Assembly: GCA_039714215.1 (NCBI GenBank)
Contig: JBDLJU010000003.1
Span: 1 to 50,060 of the forward strand
Reading direction: 5' to 3'
DNA length: 50,060 bases
Source: Chloroflexota bacterium
GTDB lineage: Bacteria > Chloroflexota > Anaerolineae > Anaerolineales > UBA11579
Both the position numbers and the translations under genes were made by a program. Below the pieces are notes generated by a model. That model worked only from the letters and a program-made list of their open reading frames with translations, had not been told where the DNA came from and searched no databases. Position 1 is the stretch's first letter. Each line of letters starts with the position of its first letter. This document shows, one piece after another, positions 38,705 to 48,607 of the stretch.

Positions 38705-39907
38705 ATGCAGCTTACCCGACTCTCCCTCACCAACTTCCGCAATATCGCCCGGATGGATATTGACCTGCCTGAAGGCACTATTTTGATTTTAGGGAAAAAC
38801 GCGCAGGGAAAAACCTCGGTGCTTGAGGCGATCTATTTTCTTGCCACGATGACCTCCTACCACGCCAGCAGCGACCGCCAGCTGATCAACCTGATCACCT
38901 CCCGCGAGAAACTCGCCGTCGCCCGCATCGTCGGCGAATACACCAAAGCAGGCCGGGGCCACAAGCTTGAGATCCGGATCATCAAAGAAAACGGCAGCAA
39001 CGGCACCAGCCGCGTCCGCAAAGAAGTACTCCTCGATGGCGTTAAGAAACGCGCTCGGGACGCGATCGGGCAGTTCAACGCGGTGTTGTTCCTTCCCCAG
39101 ATGATGCAGGTTGTGGTTGGCTCACCAGAAGAACGCAGGCGGTATGTTGATCTCGCCCTCAGCCAGGTAGTGCCGAACTACGCCAACCAGCTCAGCGAGT
39201 ACCGCAAGGTGCTCTCCCAGCGCAACGCCCTGCTCAAGCAAATTAACGAAACCAATGGTGATGCTGAACAGCTCGCCTTTTGGGACGAGCGTCTGGCAAA
39301 ACACGGCGCTGAGATCATTTTTCAAAGAATTAAAGCCATCCAGGAACTGGACCAGACCGCCGGGAGGATCCATCATGAGATCACCGCGGGGAAAGAAGTC
39401 CTCCGCCTGGATTACAAACCATCCTATGACCCGCTCCCCCCTGCCGATAAGCAGCCTGCCCTGCTCTACACTCCGCCGGAACGCGGTCAATTCAGCCAGG
39501 ATAAAATTGAAGCTGGGTTCCTTGAGCAGCTCAGCCTGAATTTCAGGATTGAAGCAGCCCGTGGGGTCACCACGATCGGCCCGCACCGCGACGACTTCGC
39601 CTTCCTCTCCAACGGCATCGACCTGGGCACCTACGGTTCCCGCGGGCAGGTGCGCACCACGATGATGACGATGAAACTGGCCGAAGTCGGCTGGATGCAC
39701 GAGAAAACCGGGCACTGGCCAGTGCTGCTCCTTGACGAGGTCCTCGCTGAATTAGATGAAGAACGCCGCGCCGACCTGATCGCTCGCGTTTCCCAAAGCA
39801 ACCAATCGCTGCTGACCACCACTGACCTGTTGATGTTCAACCCAGAGGTGATCAAAGCCTGGCAGCACTACCTGATCGACAATGGCACATTGCAAAATCA
39901 GCAGTAA
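38705..39907 (+). CDS. recF: DNA replication/repair protein RecF
   Basis: LTNFRN, GKNAQGKT, GSPEERRRY.D, QRNALLK, GPHRDD, YGSRGQ, LLLDEVLAELD. Confidence 0.97.
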   Translation: MQLTRLSLTNFRNIARMDIDLPEGTILILGKNAQGKTSVLEAIYFLATMTSYHASSDRQLINLITSREKLAVARIVGEYTKAGRGHKLEIRIIKENGSNGTSRVRKEVLLDGVKKRARDAIGQFNAVLFLPQMMQVVVGSPEERRRYVDLALSQVVPNYANQLSEYRKVLSQRNALLKQINETNGDAEQLAFWDERLAKHGAEIIFQRIKAIQELDQTAGRIHHEITAGKEVLRLDYKPSYDPLPPADKQPALLYTPPERGQFSQDKIEAGFLEQLSLNFRIEAARGVTTIGPHRDDFAFLSNGIDLGTYGSRGQVRTTMMTMKLAEVGWMHEKTGHWPVLLLDEVLAELDEERRADLIARVSQSNQSLLTTTDLLMFNPEVIKAWQHYLIDNGTLQNQQ

Positions 39908-39953
39908 ATATTCCTGCAGATCATCCCCAAAAAAACCAAAAATTTATCAGGGG

Positions 39954-39982
39954 TTGACATCCTTTATACAAAGCTGTATAAA
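39954..39982 (+). promoter_or_regulatory. Putative glnA promoter overlapped by a palindromic operator
   Basis: TTGACA (39954-59)-17 bp-TATAAA (39977-82); palindrome TTTATACA-aagc-TGTATAAA (39963-82). Confidence 0.6.
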
Positions 39983-40077
39983 CAAATCTAAAGTTATTAT
40001 CAAATAATCAAATTTCTCATTAGAATCACAGGAATATAAATAATTATTTCTATCCCAGGACCATTAGGAGAATTCAA

Positions 40078-41421
40078 ATGGATTTTAAAACCTTATCCGA
40101 ACAAGTTGACAAAGACAATGTGCAGTTTATTGCCTTGCAGTTCACCGATGTCATCGGCGCAGTTAAAAGCGTCGATATCCCCAAGAACCACCTTCAGCGT
40201 GCGCTGGAAGAAGGCATCTGGTTCGATGGTTCCTCTGTGGAAGGTTTTGCCCGCATCCAGGAGAGCGACATGCGCCTGGTGGTTGACCCGACCACCTACG
40301 CGGTACTCCCCTGGAGCCCGGAGGACAACAAACGCGCCCGCTTTTTCTGCAGCATTTACCAACCCAACGGCGAACCCTTCATGGGCGATCCCCGCAATGT
40401 GCTCAAGAAGGTGCTCGAGAAAGTAGAAGAAAAAGGCTGGGTCTTCAACGTTGGCGCTGAACCAGAATTTTTCTTGTTCAAGCGCAACGGCGAACAGCCC
40501 GGCAATGTCCACCCCGTTCCGCATGATGTCGGAGGCTATTTCGATTTCTCCGCTGCCGATGAGGCCGTGCGGGTGCGCACCAAGATCATGAACGCGGTTT
40601 CAAACATGGGATTGAATGTAGAAATGGGCCATCACGAGGTCGCTCTCGGTCAGCACGAGATCGATTTCCGCTTCGCTCCCGCCCTGCAGGCCGCAGACCA
40701 GGTGGTTACTTTGAAATACACAGTGAAGGCGATCGCCGCCAGCATGGGACTGGTGGCTTCATTTATGCCCAAACCGATCGGCGGGATCAACGGATCAGGG
40801 ATGCATGCCCACCAATCTCTGTTTGACTCAGACGGAAACAACCTGTTTTTCGACCCAAAAGATGAATTTTTCCTCTCCGAGCTCGGCAGGAAGTATATCG
40901 CCGGTCAGCTGGTCCACGCCCGCAGCATGTCGGCAGTACTATCCCCGACAGTCAACTCCTACAAACGTCTGGTGCCGGGATACGAAGCCCCGGTGTATGT
41001 CGGTTGGGCACAGGTCAACCGCTCAGCGCTGATCCGGATTCCGTCTGCGTCTCTCGAGCGCTCCAAATCGGTGCGAGCTGAACTGCGCTGCCCTGACCCC
41101 GCCGCCAACCCGTATCTTGCTTTCGCCGTGATGCTGGCGGCGGGCCTGGATGGGATTGAGAACAAGATGGCCTGCCCCGACCCGCTCAATGAAGTCAACG
41201 TCTACAACCTGACTGCAGAACAACGCAAGGAACTTGGGGTCACCGAACTGCCTGGATCACTCTCAGAAGCGCTGACCGAGCTGGAAACAAACCGGGTGGT
41301 ACAGCAAGCTTTAGGACCGATCGCTTATAAATCCTTCCACCGGGCCAAATGGGCTGAGTGGGATGAGTACATCACCAATGTCACCGATTGGGAAGTTGCC
41401 CGCTATTTGGAAATGGCATAA
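40078..41421 (+). CDS. glnA: Glutamine synthetase type I (GSI-alpha-like, 447 aa)
   Basis: FDGSSVEGFARIQESDM, HHEVA.GQHEI, FMPKP..GINGSGMH, NSYKRLVPGYEAP, NRSALIRIP, ELRCPDPAANPYL. Confidence 0.97.
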   Translation: MDFKTLSEQVDKDNVQFIALQFTDVIGAVKSVDIPKNHLQRALEEGIWFDGSSVEGFARIQESDMRLVVDPTTYAVLPWSPEDNKRARFFCSIYQPNGEPFMGDPRNVLKKVLEKVEEKGWVFNVGAEPEFFLFKRNGEQPGNVHPVPHDVGGYFDFSAADEAVRVRTKIMNAVSNMGLNVEMGHHEVALGQHEIDFRFAPALQAADQVVTLKYTVKAIAASMGLVASFMPKPIGGINGSGMHAHQSLFDSDGNNLFFDPKDEFFLSELGRKYIAGQLVHARSMSAVLSPTVNSYKRLVPGYEAPVYVGWAQVNRSALIRIPSASLERSKSVRAELRCPDPAANPYLAFAVMLAAGLDGIENKMACPDPLNEVNVYNLTAEQRKELGVTELPGSLSEALTELETNRVVQQALGPIAYKSFHRAKWAEWDEYITNVTDWEVARYLEMA

Positions 41422-41465
41422 AGAGATAACATCAGCTGATCACCCATCGGGAGTCAGACTTAATC

Positions 41466-41509
41466 AAACAAAGACCCCAAAGGATTTAAAACCCTTGGGG
41501 TCTTTGTTT
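41466..41509. terminator. Bidirectional terminator
   Basis: AAACAAAGACCCCAA...TTGGGGTCTTTGTTT between convergent glnA and kinase genes. Confidence 0.8.
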
Positions 41510-41546
41510 TACTAATTAGAACGATTGTGATTTCTTTATGCCCCCG

Positions 41547-42188
41547 CTATAAATCAAAAACCACTTCATCCCGCCCAGTGAGGGCTTTATTAATTCGCTC
41601 AATCACAATTTCGAGATGATCGGGGTTGTCGACAAAGTTGAGGTCGTTGCTGCGAATGGTGAGAACCGGGCAAAGGTCGAAATTACGCAGCCACTCATCA
41701 TAATAGGATTCGAGCAGCGAAAGATACTCAGCGCTGATCCCGGTTTCCATCTCCCTACCGCGATTGCTGATCCGCTGGATGAGCACATCGACCGGCGCCC
41801 ATAGATAGATCAGCAAATCAGGAGCCGGCAGGCTCTTTACCACCAGATCGAATACTTTTTTATAGGCCATATAATCGCGTTCATTCATATTCCCCAGCTG
41901 ACGCAGAGCTCGGGTAAAAATATAGAAATCTTCATAAATGCTGCGGTCGAGGATCACGGATTTGTTGAAGCCAGTGGCTTCAATGTGCTGCTCGGCGCGG
42001 TGACCGAGGAAGAAGACCTGCAGATGGAAGGACCACTGCGCCATTTCAGCGTAGAAATCGGGCAGATAGGGATTGTCCGCCACAGATTCGAATCCGGTCT
42101 CCCAACCAAGACGTTCACCTAATTTTTCGGTGATTGAAGTCTTCCCTGTTCCAATATTGCCTGCAACCAGGATTGTGCGTTTCGCCAT
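41547..42188 (-). CDS. Deoxynucleoside kinase
   Basis: AGNIGTGKTS, NPYLPDFY, LQVFFL, DRSIYED, PDLLIYL, RGR.ME; start MAKRT after AGGAG. Confidence 0.93.
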   Translation of the reverse strand: MAKRTILVAGNIGTGKTSITEKLGERLGWETGFESVADNPYLPDFYAEMAQWSFHLQVFFLGHRAEQHIEATGFNKSVILDRSIYEDFYIFTRALRQLGNMNERDYMAYKKVFDLVVKSLPAPDLLIYLWAPVDVLIQRISNRGREMETGISAEYLSLLESYYDEWLRNFDLCPVLTIRSNDLNFVDNPDHLEIVIERINKALTGRDEVVFDL

Positions 42189-42287
42189 CAAAATTTCTCC
42201 TCGTGTCAAAGTTATCTGTCTAACCTGATTATATAATACTATTCCCTTTAACTTTATTTCCAAGCCGGTCAGTGCTAAGATTAGGGC

Positions 42288-42809
42288 ATGTATATCGACC
42301 GCATCGAACTCTTCCGTACCCTCCCGTGCCTGGCAGAACCTGGCAAGGTTCAAGTCGTTGGCACTCCCTCAAACTCGCTGGCAGAAGTGATCCCATTCCT
42401 GGCAACCCTGCCCAGCATCATCGCCTATAAACCGGAGACACCCAGTTTGACCTTCCGGAGAAATCCCGGTTTCCTGACGATCTACGCGGATAAGGTCTAC
42501 ATCACCCAGGTGACCGATAATGCTGCGGGGGTCGAGCTGTTTGAGAACCTCACCGAGGCAATCAACGCCACCTGGGAGCGGCGTGCCGAGCTGGTGGCGG
42601 TCACCAAAGCCAAAGCGGTGCTGCGCCCGCTGGACATCTACACCCTGCTGCCCCAGACCAACTGCGGGGAGTGCGGGGAAGCGACCTGCATGGCTTTTGC
42701 CGCCAAGGTGTTCATGCAGGAGATGGCCGCCGAGGAGTGCGCCCCGCTGTTCTCCGACCCTGATTTTGAGGAGCGCCGCGCCACGCTGGAGGGGATGAGC
42801 AGGGGGTAA
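42288..42809 (+). CDS. Fe-S cluster-domain protein (PF04060-like C-terminus)
   Basis: LPQTNCGECGEATCMAFA...ECAPL motif. Confidence 0.85.
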   Translation: MYIDRIELFRTLPCLAEPGKVQVVGTPSNSLAEVIPFLATLPSIIAYKPETPSLTFRRNPGFLTIYADKVYITQVTDNAAGVELFENLTEAINATWERRAELVAVTKAKAVLRPLDIYTLLPQTNCGECGEATCMAFAAKVFMQEMAAEECAPLFSDPDFEERRATLEGMSRG

Positions 42810-42937
42810 ACCGTCACCAGTCTACAGATTTTCCATTTAGCTACCCTCGTAAAAATTAGCCCGAAATTAGTTGCTCGCTTCGAATTAATGGGCTCAGTGG
42901 ACTCAATAGACAAAAATTGACAAGCAACCACCGATCG

Positions 42938-43933
42938 TCATTTGAGCATTCTTTCTCCCTTGCTACTTGAATCCAGCTTATTATGTTCCACAGTGATGAC
43001 CACATTTCCCTTTTTATGCCCATTTTCAACATATTTGTGGGCCTCGCCAGTCTGTTCCAAGGGATAGCGTCTATCAATGGCTGCTTTTAGCTTGCCTTCT
43101 TCAATCAGCTTTTTGAGGAAGAGGAGATCTTTGGTTTTCTTTTTTGCTGACCTCAACCCAGTGGCCGCAAATTTTGATCTTCTTCTGCCGATCTTTTTAG
43201 AGAACAGCATCAGGAGAATTTCCACTCCAGGGACAGTTGTAAGATATACCCCTCTTTGCGTCAGTGCGTTTTTACACTCGGAAAACGATCTCTTGCCTAC
43301 CGTGTCAAAAATAATGTCATAGGCTTCACCGCTTTGAGTAAAGTCCTTTTGAGTGTAATCAATCACCTTATCAGCTCCCAATGATTTAACCAATGCTAAA
43401 TTCCCGGTGCTGCAAACCCCAGTAACTTCTGCCCCGTAGTACCTGGCAAGCTGTACTGCATAAGTACCTACTGATCCTGAGGCGCCATTGATCAGGACTT
43501 TTTGTCCGCTTTTGATTTGCCCCTTGTCTCTAAGGAAAGGCAATGCGGTTAATGCCCCATTTGGAACAGCGGCGGCTTCCTCATAGGTCATATTGGTTGG
43601 TTTAACTGCCAGCGCTTTGTCTTCAGGCATGCATTTGTACTCAGCATAAGCGCCATACCAGTCTATCCCAAATACCTGATCACCTTTCTTAAATAGGGTT
43701 ACAGAGTTACCTATCGCTTCAATTTCACCCGCAAACTCCTGCCCCAATATTGGGTTTTTTGGTTTTCTAAAACCATTGAGACCTGGGGAACTTCGCATGC
43801 CTGGTTCTTCTGCTACCACAGTGGTGGCATAAATTCTGATCAGGACTTGATTATCTTTTGGGGTAGGTTTTTCAACCTCTTTGAGCTGAAGGACTTCCGG
43901 GGGGCCAAATTCAGTGTATACGATTGCTTTCAT
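42938..43933 (-). CDS. NAD(P)-dependent MDR-family oxidoreductase (quinone oxidoreductase/alcohol dehydrogenase-like)
   Basis: [53 protein letters not shown]. Confidence 0.93.
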   Translation of the reverse strand: MKAIVYTEFGPPEVLQLKEVEKPTPKDNQVLIRIYATTVVAEEPGMRSSPGLNGFRKPKNPILGQEFAGEIEAIGNSVTLFKKGDQVFGIDWYGAYAEYKCMPEDKALAVKPTNMTYEEAAAVPNGALTALPFLRDKGQIKSGQKVLINGASGSVGTYAVQLARYYGAEVTGVCSTGNLALVKSLGADKVIDYTQKDFTQSGEAYDIIFDTVGKRSFSECKNALTQRGVYLTTVPGVEILLMLFSKKIGRRRSKFAATGLRSAKKKTKDLLFLKKLIEEGKLKAAIDRRYPLEQTGEAHKYVENGHKKGNVVITVEHNKLDSSSKGERMLK

Positions 43934-44057
43934 GAGTTTGTCATCCTTTTTGATCTTATTTCAACTTAATCATAGCATTAGCAGGAGTATTGGGTCAGGT
44001 GGGGGGACCCTCTCCAATACTCCCACTCAGTGTAGGGACTTGAAGTCCAAAAGTTTT

Positions 44058-44720
44058 TTACGCCTCCGCGCCTGGGGTCTTGCGCAGCATAACGATCCCC
44101 AGCCAAAGGGACCACACCGTCTTACCTAGACCAAAAATGATTACGAATACCCCGAAGAGAGCTGGAACAGCCGAGAGGAGGCCCGCCACACCGACGAACG
44201 CGCCAAGGTAGTTCAGTGCCATGGAAAGCTTTCTGCCCCTCAAAGCTGCCCAACTTACCAGCAGCATCCAGGTTCCGCCTAGAATTTCACCGCCTGCACT
44301 ACCTAATCCATTAGCCACAGAATCAATCGCCATCCAGACAGTCGCAGCTTGAGCCGGGTCTTTACCATAGAGGTCAATGACAGTGTTCATCCCAAGGTTG
44401 GATACCTGGCCGCTTGCAATCACAATGCAGGCCCAGATAAGCCCGACGGCGGTCGCGATTTGCATCATGGCAGGTGAGCCGGCCTGCAATCGCTGATAGA
44501 GCGCCAACGTCAGCGGAATCATCACGATACCCCAGATCACATAGGCGATCAGGTTCAAGATGTAGAGGAAGACCTGGTTGTCCACGAGTTGAGCGACCTT
44601 CTCGACAGGGTCGACAATATCAAGTGTGCCCACGATCAAGAGATAACCCACCATAGCAAACAATAATGCTGCTGCCAGGTACAGTGCGGCAATGCCGCCG
44701 ATCTTCTGTAAATTCTTCAT
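44058..44720 (-). CDS. DUF4386-like polytopic membrane protein
   Basis: MKNLQKIGGIAAL start after AAGGAG; about six TM helices; GLG..GGE.LGG.W motif. Confidence 0.75.
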   Translation of the reverse strand: MKNLQKIGGIAALYLAAALLFAMVGYLLIVGTLDIVDPVEKVAQLVDNQVFLYILNLIAYVIWGIVMIPLTLALYQRLQAGSPAMMQIATAVGLIWACIVIASGQVSNLGMNTVIDLYGKDPAQAATVWMAIDSVANGLGSAGGEILGGTWMLLVSWAALRGRKLSMALNYLGAFVGVAGLLSAVPALFGVFVIIFGLGKTVWSLWLGIVMLRKTPGAEA

Positions 44721-44797
44721 TTTTATTCTCCTTTTTTGAATAATACGAAATCTAAGGTTAGATTTGTAAATAAGCAAGATAACTTCGAAAAACAAAC

Positions 44798-44916
44798 GCC
44801 CAACGGTTTGAGTTACTGGCGCCGGGGTCGTCGTGGATTCTGTTCGTGAGTAGAAAAAACTCGAAGCGAAGAAAATGCCGCAGAATCCCACCAGTCCAGT
44901 GCCAGCTTTGTTGGGC
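44798..44916 (-). mobile_element. Integron attC-like recombination site (single; no integrase in the window)
   Basis: Minus strand, 5 nt after the stop codon: GCCCAAC (RYYYAAC) aaagctggcACTGGactggtgGGATTCTG ... CAGAATCC acgacgaccccggcg CCAGT aactcaaacc GTTGGGC (GTTRRRY); 119-bp imperfect palindrome. Confidence 0.72.
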
Positions 44917-44921
44917 GTGCT

Positions 44922-45623
44922 TTATTGCGCAAGATTTGATGGTTGATCCTTTGCACCCATAATCAGAAGCCACAAAGTAAGCCCAAATTCTGCAATAAAT
45001 CCAAGCGGGTAGCTTACATAGGTAATTGCATTGAAACCCGGGAAAAAGAAGAACTGAAGAGTAGTCATCAGCCAGGTAACACAATGAACCATCAGCACGA
45101 TGCCCAAAATTTTGGGCAGGAAGCCCGACTTGAAAACCAAATAACCAAGCGGAAAGAGCCAAGCGCCATAAAATATCTGGGCGATCATGAACCCATTTTT
45201 GTATAAAAACAGAAAAAACATTGCCAGGGCTTGCAGTTGATCGGCCTGGAATACTTTCAAGTAATCAGCACCATTCAAAAGCAACTGGCTGGAAAACAGA
45301 AAAAGATCACTAAAACATTGGATAGCGACACCGCCCAGGTTTAATAACAAAAACAGCAGAGCAAGGTTCTTATTAACAGGTTTCAACAATACGTATAAAG
45401 CCCAGGCCGCTAGTAGAAATAACACAGCAGCGAGCAGATCGCTCATAATACCGATACGAAATTGCCACTCAGAAGCCATAATATTTTGGGCTGTTGCTGC
45501 GGCATCTCCGAATACAATAATATTAGAACGACCAAACACATCTGCGAAGATGTGAATTACGAAATAAATAATATACAGGAACCCTGCCATTCTTGCGGTC
45601 TTTTTAATTTCTTTAGTTTTCAA
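44922..45623 (-). CDS. DUF4386 family membrane protein
   Basis: KKTARMAGFLY, GDAAATAQNI, ALYVLLKPVNK, FKSGFLPKILG, E..L.LWLLI.G; own RBS AAGGAG plus TTG at 45623. Confidence 0.82.
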   Translation of the reverse strand: MKTKEIKKTARMAGFLYIIYFVIHIFADVFGRSNIIVFGDAAATAQNIMASEWQFRIGIMSDLLAAVLFLLAAWALYVLLKPVNKNLALLFLLLNLGGVAIQCFSDLFLFSSQLLLNGADYLKVFQADQLQALAMFFLFLYKNGFMIAQIFYGAWLFPLGYLVFKSGFLPKILGIVLMVHCVTWLMTTLQFFFFPGFNAITYVSYPLGFIAEFGLTLWLLIMGAKDQPSNLAQ

Positions 45624-45845
45624 TGTGTTTTCTCCTTTTATTTGTGGGTTGACCGAAATGATGGTCAATCCCAAATTGCGAATCTTTTTCAATACACTAT
45701 GCAGTGCGGCCTGATCTACAATAACACCGCTTAAAATAGTGTTGCCGTCATCGGTCAGGGTGATGGTTAAGCCATCGAACCAATCCTGCCAGCGGGTATC
45801 CAAATGATCCTTGATTTTGATGTGGTAATGAATGGGTTCGTTCAT
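45624..45845 (-). CDS. Small ~70-aa protein module, in frame with (no stop before) the DUF4386 gene
   Basis: YHIKIKDHLDTRWQDWFDGLTI..DGNTILSG.IVDQAALH.VL.KIRNLGL.IISV, a motif I recall as a stand-alone small gene downstream of MalT-like regulators; start 45845 or 45854. Confidence 0.7.
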
Positions 45846-45946
45846 CGTGCCCATACTATAGAACAATTGGCTCAATAAACCCCCACAGGAAACTGTGGTT
45901 GTTGGAATAAAAAACTGTAGTTTAGGGGAAAAGAAGCAGAGGGAAA

Positions 45947-48607
45947 CTAAATGATCTTAATTTCTTTTGCTTTGGCGATAGCAAGGGTGCGTTTATTAAC
46001 ACCCAGTTTTCTGTAAATATTTTTGATGTGGTAAAGAACGGTATTAAGACTAATAATCAACTGCTCGGCGATTTCTTTATTTTTCAGCCCAGCAGCGATG
46101 AGGTTTAGAATTTCTATCTCACGCTCGCTGAGGGGATCAACTAATTGTTGTGACGGGGATAGATCATTTTTTTGTACCTCAGCTTCAAACACAGTCAATA
46201 GTTTACTTACATAGTTGGGCATAATCCCCTGAGCAGCTGCTTCGGATAATAATTGCGCCATCGGCAATCCTTCATCAACAAATATGCGGATGAAACCGTT
46301 CGGTTCTGCCAGCCCCATTGCTTCCCCAAGCAGTTGGACAGCCTCATCGGTTTCGTCATTCGCATGATTGGCGCATGCCAGTAGAATCATAATCTTGAGA
46401 TATTTATCCGCTTCACCCTTTGCTTCTACTTGCTTACGCAGGGGACGCAACACTGCCAGAGCTGCGGATGCGTCTCCTTGCGCCAGATATACCCGTGCTT
46501 GGCTGATAGGAAGTTCGTGCTTCTCAGCCAGATGAGCTGCTTCCGAGAGATTACCCTGCTTTAGCAATGTAAATACTTGTGCGGCATTAACCTCTGGCAT
46601 ATGGTGAACAAAGTTATGCTGCTGAACAGATTGATGGGCCTTAGCTAATGTCGCAGCCGCTCTGTCGATATCTCCTTGACTAAGTTTCAGGCGAGCGAGA
46701 AATACCTCAATGGCAACGGATCTGTCTATAATTTCTAATTGCTGCGCCACTTGGAGACTCTTGTGTGCATGCTTTTGGGCAGTATCTACGTCGTTCCATT
46801 CGCAGAATATACGGGCCAGACCAAGATATACTTCGCAGGCAGCGGGCTGCAGCTGATCACCTATCAACTGCAGCACGCGGCGGTAGGTTTTGGCCGCGAG
46901 ATGGAGCTGATTTTCTGTTTCTTGTACTTGGCCCAGACCGATTGAAGCTGTTATGTTAATGATGGTATTCCCAGATGTCTGGCTAATAGAAATGGCTTCA
47001 GTATAGGCACGGCTGGCTGCGGTACGATCTCCCTGAAGCTGGTAAGCAAGCCCCAGTTTCCAGATAGTAGCAGTGCGGACAGGCAGGTTGTCGGGGTGTA
47101 GATACTCCAGAGCGCGCTGTGACTGTGCAATGATGGTTTTTGTCTGGTGCTGTGAGGCAGCTAACAAGGCTCGTATCGCAGCAATATGACCAATAGTATT
47201 TCGGGCTATATCGTCTTGCTCGGTACCATGCAGGGCTTTTTCAGCAGCCTGTAGTTTCTCTTCGACGCCGGACATTTGGCCTGTCATTGACAACGCCGAG
47301 GCATACATCACCCATAACGATGGCTTGGCATCCAATACCGTTGTTGGCAGCGACTTAAGCCAGCTCAACACAGGGGTGACCGCACCACGAAAGTGCAGAG
47401 GCATTCCGCCTCCTTCCATCAAGCGTGTGGCGTGCTTAATATCATTGGAGGCAACAGCATGGTGAAAAGCTTCAATCTCCAGACCATTCTCTTCATACCA
47501 TACGCTGGCACGGATGTGTAATTCATCCTCTCCTCTGTCCTTATTCCCCGATGACGAGGCAGTGCTCTGATGCAGCCTATGTCGCAATAAATCAGCAAAG
47601 AGATGGTGATAACGATACCAACGACGTTCGTTATCAAGCGGGACGATGAAGAGATTTGTCCGTTCAAGATATTCTAGGGTTTCTTGCCCCGTTATATCAG
47701 CGTCTAGCAAAAGCGCATCACAAAGTGGGGCGCATACACGGTCGAGAATAGATGTGCGCAACAAGAATTCCTGCACATTTTCAGGCTGCTGCTGTAAGAC
47801 TTCTTCAACCAGATAGTCCAACACAAAACGATTACTGCCCGTAAAAGACTGGATGAAGCTGCTTGTATCTTGCCCCTGCATTGAAATTGCAGCTAATTGC
47901 AGACCTGCAATCCAGCCTTCGGTGCGGGTTTCCAGAGCGGAGATGTCTTCTTTCGAGAGATTTAGCTCCATCCCGTGGTTGAGAAATGCAGCGGCTTCGG
48001 ATCGGGTAAAACGCAAATCAGCGGCACGAAGTTCAGTCAATTGACCTCGAGCACGTAATCGAGCTAAAGGTATCTGTGGGTCCTCACGGGTGGTGATAAT
48101 CAAGTGCATCTGCGGTGGCAGGTACTCAAGTAGATAGGCAAGAGCATCGTCAACTGCTTTGGCATCAATAACATGATAATCATCGAGTACAAGGGTGAAA
48201 TTATCCGAGATAGTGGTGATCTCATTGAGCAGGGTCGTCAGAATTGTTTCTGCTGACGGTGGTTGAGGAGATTGAAGCATACCCAGCACCCCTTCTCCAA
48301 TATTCGGTGCAAGCGTCTGCAAAGCAGCTACGAGGTAAGTTAGAAAGCGTGTAGAGGCGCTATCTCTTTTGTCTAGCGACAACCAGGCAATCTTATTTTT
48401 GGCCTGGGTTTCATTTTTGACATCCCCCTGCAGGTTATCCAACCATTCAGTCACCAACGTGGTCTTGCCAAATCCAGCCGGAGCAGAGATGAGGGTTAAC
48501 TTTCGGTGCAATCCTTCATCCAATCGCTCATTCAGACGCGGTCGTGGGACGATTTCCGATCGGGTGGATGGGATAAACAGTTTCGTTGTGAGGAGAGATG
48601 CTGTCAT
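45947..48607 (-). CDS. MalT-like (STAND ATPase-TPR-LuxR HTH) transcriptional regulator
   Basis: LLTTKLFIP..RPRL, APAGFGKTT, LVLDDYH, TEGWIAGLQL, WYRYHHLF, LSEREIEIL..GLKNKEIA..H.KNIY.KLGV. Confidence 0.95.
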   Translation of the reverse strand: MTASLLTTKLFIPSTRSEIVPRPRLNERLDEGLHRKLTLISAPAGFGKTTLVTEWLDNLQGDVKNETQAKNKIAWLSLDKRDSASTRFLTYLVAALQTLAPNIGEGVLGMLQSPQPPSAETILTTLLNEITTISDNFTLVLDDYHVIDAKAVDDALAYLLEYLPPQMHLIITTREDPQIPLARLRARGQLTELRAADLRFTRSEAAAFLNHGMELNLSKEDISALETRTEGWIAGLQLAAISMQGQDTSSFIQSFTGSNRFVLDYLVEEVLQQQPENVQEFLLRTSILDRVCAPLCDALLLDADITGQETLEYLERTNLFIVPLDNERRWYRYHHLFADLLRHRLHQSTASSSGNKDRGEDELHIRASVWYEENGLEIEAFHHAVASNDIKHATRLMEGGGMPLHFRGAVTPVLSWLKSLPTTVLDAKPSLWVMYASALSMTGQMSGVEEKLQAAEKALHGTEQDDIARNTIGHIAAIRALLAASQHQTKTIIAQSQRALEYLHPDNLPVRTATIWKLGLAYQLQGDRTAASRAYTEAISISQTSGNTIINITASIGLGQVQETENQLHLAAKTYRRVLQLIGDQLQPAACEVYLGLARIFCEWNDVDTAQKHAHKSLQVAQQLEIIDRSVAIEVFLARLKLSQGDIDRAAATLAKAHQSVQQHNFVHHMPEVNAAQVFTLLKQGNLSEAAHLAEKHELPISQARVYLAQGDASAALAVLRPLRKQVEAKGEADKYLKIMILLACANHANDETDEAVQLLGEAMGLAEPNGFIRIFVDEGLPMAQLLSEAAAQGIMPNYVSKLLTVFEAEVQKNDLSPSQQLVDPLSEREIEILNLIAAGLKNKEIAEQLIISLNTVLYHIKNIYRKLGVNKRTLAIAKAKEIKII

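Noticed and set aside
38705-39907. recF outside the dnaA-dnaN-recF-gyrB cluster as a sign of oriC or transfer
   Set aside because: Dispersed recF is common in several phyla; no DnaA-box cluster seen.
42830-42960. RBS plus ATG-CTC-AAA-TGA at the end of the MDR gene as a decayed downstream gene
   Set aside because: The following translation is not convincingly similar to any family I recognise.
43984-44023. Hairpin GGAGTATTGG...CCAATACTCC as a second attC
   Set aside because: Too short and lacks RYYYAAC/GTTRRRY ends; more likely an mRNA stability or termination stem.
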